DNA of 57,370 nucleotides from an uncultured Flavobacteriaceae bacterium (GCA_963521545.1 CAUQVP010000001.1:1-57370), one strand, 5' to 3'; positions 45,320 through 55,311 are shown, numbered from the stretch's first letter. Notes: generated by a model from the letters alone, not told the origin. Made by a program: numbers and translations.

Positions 45320-46306
45320 ATGAAAGGAATTTTTGATATAAAAACGGAGCAGGATTTTAGGGAAAAATGTCTGGAAACTTTTCGTTATCAGTATGAAAAT
45401 GTGGAGGTTTATAGAAAATTTGTTGATTTCTTAAATATCAATCCAGACCAAATCACTCAAATTTCCGAAATTCCTTTTCTGCCGATAGAAATGTTCAAAA
45501 ACCACACTATTTTAGATAAAAATAAAGAAAAGGAAAACTATTTCCAGTCATCAGGAACGACTAATATTCAGACGCTTTCTAAACATTGGATTGCAGATTT
45601 TGGTTTGTATGAAGAGAGCATTTACAAAAGTTTTGAGCAGTTTATCGGGAAGCCAGAAGATTTCGTGTTTTTAGGACTGCTGCCAAGTTATTTAGAACGC
45701 CAAAATTCATCGCTAATCTATATGGTGGATTTCTTGATGAAAAAATCTGGGCATCAGGAAAATGGCTATTTCTTGTATAATCATAGGGAACTTCTTGACC
45801 TTCTCAAAAAGCTGAATAATAAGAAAATCATTCTCTTTGGGGTTAGTTTTGCGCTGTTGGATTTTGCAGATTTCTGTAAGGAAAACGAAGGTTTTGATTT
45901 GGCTAAAAATCCAGAGCTGATTATCATAGAAACGGGCGGCATGAAAGGCAGAAAAGAAGAAATGACCAAAGATGAGCTTTTGGAAATATTGAAAAACAGC
46001 TTCCAAACCGAGAAAATCTACTCCGAATATTCCATGACGGAACTCCTTTCGCAGGCGTATTCTCTGGGGAATAATGAGTATCTGTGTCCAGCGTGGATGC
46101 GTATTTTGGTTCGTAATACAGAAGACCCGTTTTCCTACATGGAAGAGGGCAGGACTGGGGCAATCAATATTATAGACTTGGCGAATAAACATTCGTGTAG
46201 CTTTATCGCGACACAAGATTTAGGGAAAATCCACAAAGGAAAATTCCAAGTTCTGGGAAGAATAGACCATTCGGATATCAGAGGCTGCAGCCTTTTGGTA
46301 AGTTAA
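45320..46306 (+). CDS. LuxE/PaaK-family acyl-protein synthetase / acyltransferase-like protein
   Basis: 328 aa. The N-terminal pattern (FRYQYENVEVYRKFVDFLNINP...IPFLPIEMFK) and the SSGTT motif are typical of the Flavobacteriia LuxE-like family. Confidence 0.6.
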   Translation: MKGIFDIKTEQDFREKCLETFRYQYENVEVYRKFVDFLNINPDQITQISEIPFLPIEMFKNHTILDKNKEKENYFQSSGTTNIQTLSKHWIADFGLYEESIYKSFEQFIGKPEDFVFLGLLPSYLERQNSSLIYMVDFLMKKSGHQENGYFLYNHRELLDLLKKLNNKKIILFGVSFALLDFADFCKENEGFDLAKNPELIIIETGGMKGRKEEMTKDELLEILKNSFQTEKIYSEYSMTELLSQAYSLGNNEYLCPAWMRILVRNTEDPFSYMEEGRTGAINIIDLANKHSCSFIATQDLGKIHKGKFQVLGRIDHSDIRGCSLLVS

Positions 46307-46310
46307 AAAA

Positions 46311-46339
46311 CAAAAAAACCGAGAAATTCTCGGTTTTTT
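46311..46339. terminator. bidirectional rho-independent terminator
   Basis: aaaaaaaccgaga / tctcggttttttt between convergent genes. Confidence 0.65.
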
Positions 46340-46342
46340 TAT

Positions 46343-47122
46343 TTAGAATTTAATGATTTCTTCCATTTTAGCATTTTCCTCGCTTACGAGTTCATCATCT
46401 ACTAGGATTTTTCCACTATGTTCATCGATGATGATTTTCTTTCTCTGTGCTATTTCTACTAATTTCTGAGCAGGAATCGTGAAGTAAGAACCTTTCGGCG
46501 CACCTCTTTCTATACCTACTACAGCAAGCCCGTTAGCAGAGTTGTTTCTGATTCTTCTATAAGAAGAAAGCAGTCTTTCATCGATTAGCGCTGCAAATTC
46601 CTCAGATTTTTTCACTAAAAATTCTTCCTCTTTTTGAGTTTCTGTGATTAGTGAGTTTAGCTCAGATTTTTTGAAGTTTAGGTGAGATTCCAGCTCTTCT
46701 ATTTTTTCTTTGTTTTGAGAAAGAACCTCATTTTTTTGTGAGATTTTAGCTTCGAATTCTCTTATTTTTTTCTCAGCCAGCTGGATTTCTAATTCCTGAA
46801 ACTCCATTTCTTTTGATAATGCTTCAAATTCTTTATTGTTTTTTACATTATCCTGCTGAGTTTTATATTTTTCAATCAAAGTTTGAGAATGATTGATCAC
46901 CTCTTTTTTAGTGCTGATTTCCTTGTTGAAATCTTCAATTTCCGTTTCTAACTTCGAAATTCTTTTATTAAGACCTTCGATTTCGATTTCCAAATCCTCC
47001 ACTTCTATCGGCAGTTCGCCTCTGGTACTGCGGATTTCATCTAACCTAGAATCGATATATTGCAGGTCATAAAGGGTTCTTAGTTTTTCTTCAACAGAGA
47101 TTTCTATATTTTTCTTAGCCAT
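46343..47122 (-). CDS. DUF164-type coiled-coil protein (zinc-ribbon family partner of Nif3)
   Basis: 259 aa. EEKLRTLYDLQYIDSRLDEIRSTRGELPIEVEDLE is the family N-terminus. It sits immediately downstream of Nif3, as is usual. Confidence 0.65.
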   Translation of the reverse strand: MAKKNIEISVEEKLRTLYDLQYIDSRLDEIRSTRGELPIEVEDLEIEIEGLNKRISKLETEIEDFNKEISTKKEVINHSQTLIEKYKTQQDNVKNNKEFEALSKEMEFQELEIQLAEKKIREFEAKISQKNEVLSQNKEKIEELESHLNFKKSELNSLITETQKEEEFLVKKSEEFAALIDERLLSSYRRIRNNSANGLAVVGIERGAPKGSYFTIPAQKLVEIAQRKKIIIDEHSGKILVDDELVSEENAKMEEIIKF

Positions 47123-47125
47123 AAC

Positions 47126-48223
47126 TTATAAGAAATAATTTACAGGGTTGGTATTAATGCTTGATTTTGAAACTGCAAATGTAGTGAATTTTTCTGATAA
47201 AATTTCATATAATTGTTGAACTACAAATTGCTCCGACTCAAAATGCCCGATATCACACAGCAAAATTCTATTTTCAGCCATGAAAAAATCGTGATATTTC
47301 ATATCTGCGGTGAGGTAGGCATCGCATTGGTTTTGCAGAGCGTTTTTTATTCCGCTGGCTCCGCTGCCACCTAAAACAGCCACTTTTTTTATCTTTTTAC
47401 CAGTAAAACCACTGTGGCGGATGATTTTTAAATCAAATTTTTCTTTCACAAAATTTAGGAATTCTTTTTCCTCCATTTCCTCGGGCAATTCGCCAAACAT
47501 TCCCAAACCAGAATATTGGTTTTCGTTTTCTATCGCATAGATTTGGTAGGCAACTTCCTCGTAAGGATGAGCGAATTTCATGGCGGAAATAATCTGATTT
47601 TTTTTGAATTTTTCAAAAATCACAGAAATCTGGATTTCATTGACTTTTTCAGTCGTTCCTTTTTTGCCCAAAAACGGATTAGCGCCGTCTATCGGGCGGA
47701 AAGTTCCTTCGCCACCAATGCTGAAACTGCATTCATCATAAAAACCGATGTTCCCTGCTCCAGCCTCAAATAGAGCTTTTTTGACCTGCTCGGCATAATC
47801 CATAGGAACATAAGTGATTAGCTGTAAAAGATTTTCTTTTTTTGGAATTAAAATTTTAAGCTGGTCTAAACCTAATTCTTTGCAAATTCTATGGTTCACA
47901 CCGAAATAGTGGTTGTCTAATGCCGTATGAAGGGCGATGATGGCGATTTTGTTTTCTATCGCTTTCAGGACGGCTTTTTCTACATAATTTTTGCCAGTGA
48001 TGGATTTTAATCCTGAAAAAATAATCGGATGAAAGGTCAAAATTACATTTGCGTTTTTTTGTACAGTTTCCTCTACAACGCTTTCCAAGGCATCGTGACA
48101 GATTAAAACGCCTGTGATTTCCCGCTCTGGATTTCCGCAGAGAAGTCCCACATTATCAAAGTCTTCCGCCTGTGCAAAGGGAATTATTTTTTCTATTTCA
48201 GTAATGAAGTGTTTGATAGTCAT
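47126..48223 (-). CDS. Nif3-like dinuclear metal centre protein
   Basis: 365 aa. DNVGLL, HPIIF, ALHTALD and ADMKYHDF motifs. Confidence 0.85.
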   Translation of the reverse strand: MTIKHFITEIEKIIPFAQAEDFDNVGLLCGNPEREITGVLICHDALESVVEETVQKNANVILTFHPIIFSGLKSITGKNYVEKAVLKAIENKIAIIALHTALDNHYFGVNHRICKELGLDQLKILIPKKENLLQLITYVPMDYAEQVKKALFEAGAGNIGFYDECSFSIGGEGTFRPIDGANPFLGKKGTTEKVNEIQISVIFEKFKKNQIISAMKFAHPYEEVAYQIYAIENENQYSGLGMFGELPEEMEEKEFLNFVKEKFDLKIIRHSGFTGKKIKKVAVLGGSGASGIKNALQNQCDAYLTADMKYHDFFMAENRILLCDIGHFESEQFVVQQLYEILSEKFTTFAVSKSSINTNPVNYFL

Positions 48224-48532
48224 TTTTTTAATAAAAAGAATATGTTTAAGTATATTTATGATTAAATATTCATATAAATGGTTATAATTAATGATATGAT
48301 GAAAAATAAAGATATAAATATATGAACAGCCGTATTAGAATTATCTATATTTTTTTGCTGAGATGATAACTTTCAATAGAAAGACCAATATTGAATATGA
48401 AAAAACATAAAAAATAGTAATAATGTGAAATCCGATAAATGAGGATAATAATAAAAGAAAACAAAAAAATAACAATAATCTGATGATTAGATGTTGATTC
48501 ACAGTATTAAATTTTCTACAAAATTACAAAAT

Positions 48533-48561
48533 AAAAACGAACCCAAAAGAGGTTCGTTTTT
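48533..48561 (-). terminator. rho-independent terminator
   Basis: aaaaacgaacc / ggttcgttttt hairpin just downstream of the 48571 stop. Confidence 0.6.
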
Positions 48562-48570
48562 ATTAAAAAT

Positions 48571-49623
48571 CTATTTTACTTTTACTAATTCTACATCGAA
48601 AATCAGCCAAGCGTTAGGTGGAATCACACCGCCAGCACCTCTTGCTCCGTAGCCCAGTTCAGAAGGGATAAGAAGAGTAGCTGCATCGCCCTCTTTTAGA
48701 AGCATGATTCCTTCGTCCCAGCCTTTAATCACTTGACCAACGCCAATAGGAATTTCTATCGGTTCTCCTCTTCTGAAAGAGTTGTCAAACTCCTGTCCGT
48801 TTACCAGTCTTCCTGCGTAGTGAACAGAAACTACATCTCCTTTCTGAGGCTGTTTTCCGTTTCCTTGTTTCGTTATTTTATAGAACAAACCAGATGGAGT
48901 CTGCTGCATTCCTTCTTTTAGAGAAGCAAATTTTTTCTCCTGCTCTTGTCTGTTTTTTTCTTGAATTTTATTTTTACCTTCGTTGAAGATTTTTGCAGCA
49001 TCATAAGATTTGTAGCTGTCACCTTTAGTGAAGATTTCTACTTTTTTGATAACCACATCTTCTCTTGGTTTGTCCTGAGCTCCTTTTTCTACCGTTGCGA
49101 TAGCATCGATAGTTTCCAGACCGCTGATTACTTTACCGAAAATAGTGTGTCTTCCATCTAGCCAAGGTGTAGCCACTTCTGTGATAAAGAACTGAGAGCC
49201 GTTTGTATTAGGGCCAGAGTTTGCCATAGAAAGGTAACCTTTTCCTTCGTGTCTTAAATCATTTTTTTCATCATCAAATTTGTACCCTGGGTCGCCCATT
49301 CCAGTTCCTGTAGGGTCACCACCTTGGATCATGAAATCTTTAATCACTCTGTGGAAGATGATTCCATCGTAGTAAGGCTGTCCTTTTCCTTTCGCCTTGT
49401 TTTCTATAGTTCCTTGTGCAAGTCCTACGAAGTTAGCCACCGTAACGGGAGCTTCCTTGTCGAAGAACTGGATAATCATGTCTCCTTTTGAGGTTTTCAT
49501 TTTTGCATAGACCCCATCAGGAAGTTGTTCGTAAAGTGCTTTGTCTATATTCATTTTTTTATAAATAGGTTTACAGTTTGTTAAAATTAAAGCAGAAATC
49601 AATAAGAATAAGATTCTTTTCAT
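48571..49623 (-). CDS. dual-family peptidyl-prolyl isomerase lipoprotein: N-terminal cyclophilin plus C-terminal FKBP domain
   Basis: 350 aa with lipobox LTNC. Cyclophilin core (FHRVIKDFMIQGGDP...SMANSGPNTNGSQFFI) is followed by an FKBP core (VHYAGRL.NGQEFDNS...GVGQVIKGWDEG...YGARGAGGVIPPNA.LIFDVELV). Confidence 0.9.
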   Translation of the reverse strand: MKRILFLLISALILTNCKPIYKKMNIDKALYEQLPDGVYAKMKTSKGDMIIQFFDKEAPVTVANFVGLAQGTIENKAKGKGQPYYDGIIFHRVIKDFMIQGGDPTGTGMGDPGYKFDDEKNDLRHEGKGYLSMANSGPNTNGSQFFITEVATPWLDGRHTIFGKVISGLETIDAIATVEKGAQDKPREDVVIKKVEIFTKGDSYKSYDAAKIFNEGKNKIQEKNRQEQEKKFASLKEGMQQTPSGLFYKITKQGNGKQPQKGDVVSVHYAGRLVNGQEFDNSFRRGEPIEIPIGVGQVIKGWDEGIMLLKEGDAATLLIPSELGYGARGAGGVIPPNAWLIFDVELVKVK

Positions 49624-49635
49624 AATGTTAAAAAA

Positions 49636-50145
49636 TTATTTTATAAGTTTTAGTTTAATGATTAGAGGCATGTCGTAAGGGATTTGGTCGCCATCTCCAT
49701 AAGTGCCGTACGCCAGAACGGAAGGAACGAGAAGGGTAGTTTCTTCATCAGGATTTAGATACCGAACGGCATCCTCTATGGCATCCAGTTCCTCGAATTT
49801 TCCCAGAGGAGCGTCTTTATAAGTTTTAGGTTTTTCGTAGAATTTTTGTAAATCAAAATCGTACAATTCATATTGGAACGAAACCAGCTCTCCGTCCTGC
49901 TTTTTTTTTCTTTGTTCTAGGTTTTCTATATTACTCCAATAGTTGAGCTGAGTAGGATAGAATTTCTCTTTCTGTTTGGAAATCCATTCTTGGATTTGTT
50001 CTCTTTCCATGGTGTTCAGCTGTTTTGCTCTGTTTTTGGAAACGCCCATTTCTTCATTGGACATTCCTCCCACAGGCGTGTAGACCTGTGTGCTTTGGGA
50101 GCAGGAAACGAATAAAAAACCGATGATAAAAACTATATTTTTCAT
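49636..50145 (-). CDS. gldI: FKBP-type lipoprotein, GldI-like
   Basis: 169 aa with lipobox FVSC. The C-terminal LVPSVLAYGTYGDGDQIP...LIIKLKL is FKBP-like. The size and the lipoprotein nature fit the gliding-associated GldI. The symbol is tentative. Confidence 0.5.
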   Translation of the reverse strand: MKNIVFIIGFLFVSCSQSTQVYTPVGGMSNEEMGVSKNRAKQLNTMEREQIQEWISKQKEKFYPTQLNYWSNIENLEQRKKKQDGELVSFQYELYDFDLQKFYEKPKTYKDAPLGKFEELDAIEDAVRYLNPDEETTLLVPSVLAYGTYGDGDQIPYDMPLIIKLKLIK

Positions 50146-50630
50146 AAATAAATTTTAGCCCAGCTTTTTTCTAATGGCAGCAGGAAGCCAGATAAATAGT
50201 CATTGTATGTTTCTTTGGCGAAGTCAAAAACTTCTATATTCTGTGGAATAGAGCCGTTTTTTATTCCTTTTTTGAAATCAAGAAGATTGATAGTTTTGGT
50301 TTCTCCTTTTTCTATGTAAGAAACTTTCATTCTGTTCAAAAAATCCAGCCCAAATTCCGTGTCGATATCTCTTATCATACTCGTAAGCGAATCTACCGAG
50401 CATCCGCCAGCTTTTGCATTTTCTTCATCGATGAAGATGATGAGAAACTGATTTCTTTCTATTCTAAATGATGCCGAAAGCGGCTCGCCGTGCGTAGTCC
50501 AGTCCGATAAAAAATCATTTATTCTTTCTGAAACGACCTGTATTTCCTCTGATTTTAAAACACGAGAAGAAGGATAAATCATTATCCTAGGGTTTTTTGT
50601 CTCTATGCTATCGGGAGTTTCTGCTTTCAC
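50142..50630 (-). CDS. conserved hypothetical protein
   Basis: 162 aa with an ATGA overlap with the GldI-like gene. No motif I can assign. Confidence 0.5.
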   Translation of the reverse strand: MKAETPDSIETKNPRIMIYPSSRVLKSEEIQVVSERINDFLSDWTTHGEPLSASFRIERNQFLIIFIDEENAKAGGCSVDSLTSMIRDIDTEFGLDFLNRMKVSYIEKGETKTINLLDFKKGIKNGSIPQNIEVFDFAKETYNDYLSGFLLPLEKSWAKIYL

Positions 50631-50831
50631 AATTAAAGTATTATAACTTGGGAGGCAAATTTAGTAATTCTTTTTTATTCATAATGCAAGTTTTCTGAAT
50701 AGATATGTAATTAGCATCTTAAGATTTTGAATATTCTTTTTAATTTAAAACTGATAAATATCATTGTTTTAGTAGATTGTAATTACTTGTAATTTAGTAA
50801 CTTCGAAGAATGAAATACAAAAATTTTACTT

Positions 50832-53800
50832 ATGAGAAAACTTTTATTGTTGTTGAATTTCTTCGTCATTTTCAACAGTTATGGACAGAGTCTTGTGTCC
50901 AAATTTGATGTAGCATCTAATGGTGCTAATTCGGTTGCTTTTGTAGATAAGAGTATAGGGACTCCTATATCTTATCAGTGGGAATTTCAGGGAGGGGTAC
51001 CAGCTGTATCCACAGAGAAAAACCCTAAGGTATCTTATTCCTCACCAGGGAAATATAGTGTAAAATTAAAAGTTACAGATACTAAAGGCATTACCTCTAC
51101 ATCTGTGAGAACATTAGAAGTGTCCTATACAGTAGCAAAGGAAATAGATCTGAGTACAGGGACTAAAGAAGATGGAACTCTGATGTCTGAGAATGGAGAA
51201 AAAGATGCAGACTGGACACATTTGGATGAAAAAATGACTATTAGAACAATTCCATATACTAGAAAACCATATTTGGATAAAAAAAATGATCCTGTATTTG
51301 GAAGTTGGGAGTCAGCAGAATTAAATAATAAAACACCAGTGACAAGATGGATTACAACAAATAGTGGAGGTAGACACACCAAATGTTTTTATATTAGTAA
51401 AACTTTTAAAGTTCCAACTGAAGGTGTTTTAAATCTAAAGGCTCTTGCATTTACTCGAAATTGGGTGTATTTAGTTAAGAAAAACCAAGATGGAACAGAA
51501 GATAGTAAACAAATAACACGAACAAAATTTATTCAGATAGGAACTTCAGGATTAACTAAAGGATGGTTGAATCCTGAAAATCCAGAGGTGGTCAATTATA
51601 AATTGGAACAAGGGGAATATTATATTAAAGTTGAGGTTTATACTAGCTCTGGTTTGGATAAACAATCAATAGATGTAAATGCAAAAGTGGGATTAGGGGT
51701 AGGAATAAAGGCTGTTTTATCTCCCCCTGCTGATTTTAAAGCAAATGCAACCACAGTTAATTTTGGAACGAATGTGCAGTTTTCTAATATTTCAGCAGGA
51801 ACTCCAGTTAGTCAAAGTTGGACATTTACAGATGCAGGAAGTCATGTAACAGATAAACAAAAAAATCCACTTATTAAATTCAAAAGTGTGGGATATCACA
51901 ATGTGGAATTGTTGGTAGATTATGGCAATCAAATAGTATCTAGTTTAAGTATAGACAACTACATGAAAGTGGCAGGACTGGACTACACTAAAGCTCCTAA
52001 TAGTTACATATTTGACCATAAAAGTTCAAATAGTGGATTGTTTATCCCAGTGAAAAAGGCTTATGAAATGTGGAAAAATGGACTTCATATTGAAGGAGGA
52101 GCGGTGCCTAATGGGCAGGCAGTAGCAGAGGTGTATTGGGAAGATGTACATGGATTGATAAGAACAAAGCCTAATTATCAACTGGAAATTATAGGTTCAG
52201 GAGAGTCTGCAAAGATAAAAGTGCCTGTTAATAAAGCTAAAGAAGGAAATGCATTAGTAGTATATAAAGTTAATGGTAAAATATACTGGTCATGGCATGT
52301 GTGGGTTACAGATGATCCTAGCAAAGGAACCAACTATATGGCTTATGATGAAACTAAAAGACTTAGAAATAATGGTGTAGAGGAACTTATACCAAAAGCT
52401 GAATGGGGATGGATGGATCGTAATTTGGGAGCTGTTTCTAGCAGCCTTACAGAAGAAGGATGGAATAGAAATAATGGACTATTATACCAATGGGGAAGAA
52501 AAGATCCTATTCCTCCGCTAGCAACTAGAGGATGGGATTTTTATGAGGTTTCTGGTACAGTGGGAAGAATAGGACTTGCGAATTCGCAAAATAATAATGT
52601 GGTTAAAAAAATAGATGAAACTAGGATTTTCATTCCTTTATCTAAAGCGAAATTAAAGGATAATATTCAGCGTTCTATTCATAATCCAATGAGTCTTATT
52701 TATGTGAATGATGATAACTCAAATGAACAAGCATATTACATTTCTCGTAATAAAGAAGGTAATATAGTAGGTAAGTGGCCTGTCAATTGGTTCGGAAATC
52801 CTTCTTTTAATGATGGAAAATCAATAGCAGAAGTAAATCTTTGGTCAGATAATTCCCAAGGTAAATTCTTTAATCCACAAACACGGCTTGAAAAACTAGT
52901 GAAACCTTATCAAGATAAGTCTTCGTATGACCCATGTCCTAATGGTTGGAGAGTCCCTTCAGTATTGGTGGCGAATACAACACTAGGAGGCAAGAATAGA
53001 GATATTCCTATGATACTTAGTCCTTTTGGACCAAAAACATTAGAGCATAATAATAACCAATTATATACGATTACACCAACCAACGATGGAATACCTAATT
53101 TTCTAAGGGGAATAAAGATGTATCCTGAGATGGGTGCTGATTTATCTTCTGTTAATGGACAAAATATGGGGGTCTTTCCAGGAACCGGATTGTTATCTAG
53201 AACTACACAAGGTGGAAGATATACTGATATGCATGAAACATATCTTTGGACTGCTACAATGGGAAGATGGTGGAAAGATGATATAAAAACAGTGAATCCA
53301 ATGGCTTTGAGAATAGTACCAGATCTTAATCAAAAAAAATATATTCCAGATCCAAATATGCCATCATTAAAGGGGTTTTATGTATATAATCCTCTATTTT
53401 GGGAGAGAACATCTTCTGATGCTATGGGGGTGCGCTGTATAAAGGATCCTCTATATGTGGTAAATGAATATGACTTCCCTACAGAGTTTTTTAGAGATGA
53501 AATAGCATATCCTACATTCACTGATGGACTTGAAAATCCTAATACCTATCAAATAGTTAAAAAAACTACAGAGTCTATTATCAAAATACCAATTAACAAA
53601 GCATTTTCTGTGCATAGTGAGCATTTGGATAATAAACAAATATTAAAAAATACCAACTATAATAATTTAAAAGCTAATGTGCATTGGACTACTAACAAAG
53701 ATCTTATTAGGCATGTTTCTATTTCAAAAACCAATCCAGCTAGTTTGGCAGAGATAAATAATACATTTATTAATGTAAAAATAACACCTAATCAAAGTGG

Positions 53801-55253
53801 AAATGCGGTAGTTACTCTACATAATGGAAGTATTGCTAATCCTGTGTATTGGTCTTGGCATATTTGGGTAACAGATTCTGAAGTAAAAACAGTAAGATAT
53901 GTTACTGCTGAGCCTAATACAGCAGCATATAACTATATAAACTATGTAAATGATGACCATGTAATAGACTCTGAATTTATGGATAGAAATTTAGGAGCAT
54001 TGGATGTCTTTCCATCTGTAGTAAATGCAAATTCTCCATCCATTCAAGAACTAAGTAAAATAAAAGTATCTGGAGGTATGCAGTACCAATGGGGAAGAAA
54101 AGACCCTATACCTTCTTTTATCAATCCTGATGGTTCTTCTTATTCTATTTATTTAGGGAATACTAATGCTGCTGGGCAGGTATCTTATACAGAATTGAAT
54201 AGTGGTAATTATGAAAGTAGATTTGTGGTACCATATAACAATTATGCTAATAATGTGGTATCAACAGATAAAATATCTGATAAGGTAAGTAAGGTTTTGA
54301 GCTATTCTGTTAAAAATCCACTGGTGTTTATGATTCCAAGTAAACAGGCTCCTCTTCATAAAAATATGCAAGCTTATACTAATGGAACAGACTGGCTTAT
54401 AGATGAGGCTAATATTGCTTCTGATAGATGGGGTCGAGCAGATAGAAAGTCTCCATTTGATCCTTGTCCAGAAGGATGGAGAGTTCCTGATGCTTCACAT
54501 GTAGATATAACTCCTCCTAGAGATTTTGGAAGATCACCTTGGGGAAGAAAGGAGAGAGATCGAACAAAAAATGAATTTCTTAACATATGGTATAAAATAG
54601 AAGGTTTCTACAAAGGGAGAACAATAAAGTCACCTCAAAATCAATCTCTTGGATATGTTTTTGAAGATGCAGGATATCATATAGGGAATTATCCATTTAC
54701 AGGTGCTAGAGGCTATAGAAATATGACTGATGGTCATGCTATCACATCCAAAGTTAATGAAAGACATATGGGAGTTTGGACTAGTGCTATGGGCTCAGCT
54801 TTGTTAGGAAGACCTCTTGCTCTTGTGATAGATAAAGGTAATGGAGCAATGAGTATGTTTGAGAACTACTTAGATCCATATTTCGCTATGAATTGTAGAT
54901 GTATAAAAATCAAAACAACAGCGGATGGTAAGCAGGAAGGAGCTATTCCAAGATTACCTATACCTAAATACACTGTAGCACAACCAGCCAAACCATTAGC
55001 TGCAAATACAGTTCAGAATATGCTTAAAGAGGAGAAAACCTTAAAGGCTTATCCGAATCCTGTTACTGATATTCTAATGATAGATGGAGAACCAGGGAAA
55101 GAATATTTTTATCAGTTGTATGACAAAAATGGAAAAATGCTGAAAGAGGGTAAATTTGTAAATAATCAAATAAATATAAGCAATTTGCTACCTGATATTT
55201 ATCTGATGCGAATAAATAACTCTAAAGAAGCTATAAAAATTATAAAAAAATAA
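50832..55253 (+). CDS. giant T9SS-sorted surface/secreted protein: 2 PKD domains, a duplicated ~520-aa module and a T9SS C-terminal domain
   Basis: 1473 aa with a signal peptide. PKD-like segments lie at about 50904-51125 and 51721-51975. The motif series YWSWH(V/I)WVTD, MDRNLGA, YQWGRKDPIP, DPCPxGWRVP and RCIK occurs twice. The C-terminal LKAYPNPVTD...IYLMRINN is a type-A T9SS sorting domain. Confidence 0.85.
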   Translation: MRKLLLLLNFFVIFNSYGQSLVSKFDVASNGANSVAFVDKSIGTPISYQWEFQGGVPAVSTEKNPKVSYSSPGKYSVKLKVTDTKGITSTSVRTLEVSYTVAKEIDLSTGTKEDGTLMSENGEKDADWTHLDEKMTIRTIPYTRKPYLDKKNDPVFGSWESAELNNKTPVTRWITTNSGGRHTKCFYISKTFKVPTEGVLNLKALAFTRNWVYLVKKNQDGTEDSKQITRTKFIQIGTSGLTKGWLNPENPEVVNYKLEQGEYYIKVEVYTSSGLDKQSIDVNAKVGLGVGIKAVLSPPADFKANATTVNFGTNVQFSNISAGTPVSQSWTFTDAGSHVTDKQKNPLIKFKSVGYHNVELLVDYGNQIVSSLSIDNYMKVAGLDYTKAPNSYIFDHKSSNSGLFIPVKKAYEMWKNGLHIEGGAVPNGQAVAEVYWEDVHGLIRTKPNYQLEIIGSGESAKIKVPVNKAKEGNALVVYKVNGKIYWSWHVWVTDDPSKGTNYMAYDETKRLRNNGVEELIPKAEWGWMDRNLGAVSSSLTEEGWNRNNGLLYQWGRKDPIPPLATRGWDFYEVSGTVGRIGLANSQNNNVVKKIDETRIFIPLSKAKLKDNIQRSIHNPMSLIYVNDDNSNEQAYYISRNKEGNIVGKWPVNWFGNPSFNDGKSIAEVNLWSDNSQGKFFNPQTRLEKLVKPYQDKSSYDPCPNGWRVPSVLVANTTLGGKNRDIPMILSPFGPKTLEHNNNQLYTITPTNDGIPNFLRGIKMYPEMGADLSSVNGQNMGVFPGTGLLSRTTQGGRYTDMHETYLWTATMGRWWKDDIKTVNPMALRIVPDLNQKKYIPDPNMPSLKGFYVYNPLFWERTSSDAMGVRCIKDPLYVVNEYDFPTEFFRDEIAYPTFTDGLENPNTYQIVKKTTESIIKIPINKAFSVHSEHLDNKQILKNTNYNNLKANVHWTTNKDLIRHVSISKTNPASLAEINNTFINVKITPNQSGNAVVTLHNGSIANPVYWSWHIWVTDSEVKTVRYVTAEPNTAAYNYINYVNDDHVIDSEFMDRNLGALDVFPSVVNANSPSIQELSKIKVSGGMQYQWGRKDPIPSFINPDGSSYSIYLGNTNAAGQVSYTELNSGNYESRFVVPYNNYANNVVSTDKISDKVSKVLSYSVKNPLVFMIPSKQAPLHKNMQAYTNGTDWLIDEANIASDRWGRADRKSPFDPCPEGWRVPDASHVDITPPRDFGRSPWGRKERDRTKNEFLNIWYKIEGFYKGRTIKSPQNQSLGYVFEDAGYHIGNYPFTGARGYRNMTDGHAITSKVNERHMGVWTSAMGSALLGRPLALVIDKGNGAMSMFENYLDPYFAMNCRCIKIKTTADGKQEGAIPRLPIPKYTVAQPAKPLAANTVQNMLKEEKTLKAYPNPVTDILMIDGEPGKEYFYQLYDKNGKMLKEGKFVNNQINISNLLPDIYLMRINNSKEAIKIIKK

Positions 55254-55260
55254 TGTAAAT

Positions 55261-55290
55261 AAAAAGCCCTCCTTGAAAGAGGGCTTTATT
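55261..55290. terminator. bidirectional rho-independent terminator
   Basis: aaagccctc / gagggcttt hairpin between convergent genes. Confidence 0.6.
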
Positions 55291-55311
55291 ATTATCAAAT
55301 AAAATTGTCAT

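Noticed and set aside
45713-46216. 167-aa and smaller minus-strand ORFs inside the LuxE-like gene
   Set aside because: They are antisense shadow ORFs without motifs.
48290-48500. Hydrophobic ~50-codon minus-strand reading frame (VNQHLIIRLLLFFCFLLLLSSFIGFHIITIF...) in the long AT-rich spacer
   Set aside because: It has no ATG start. The poly-T-driven Phe/Leu/Ile composition is what random AT-rich DNA produces.
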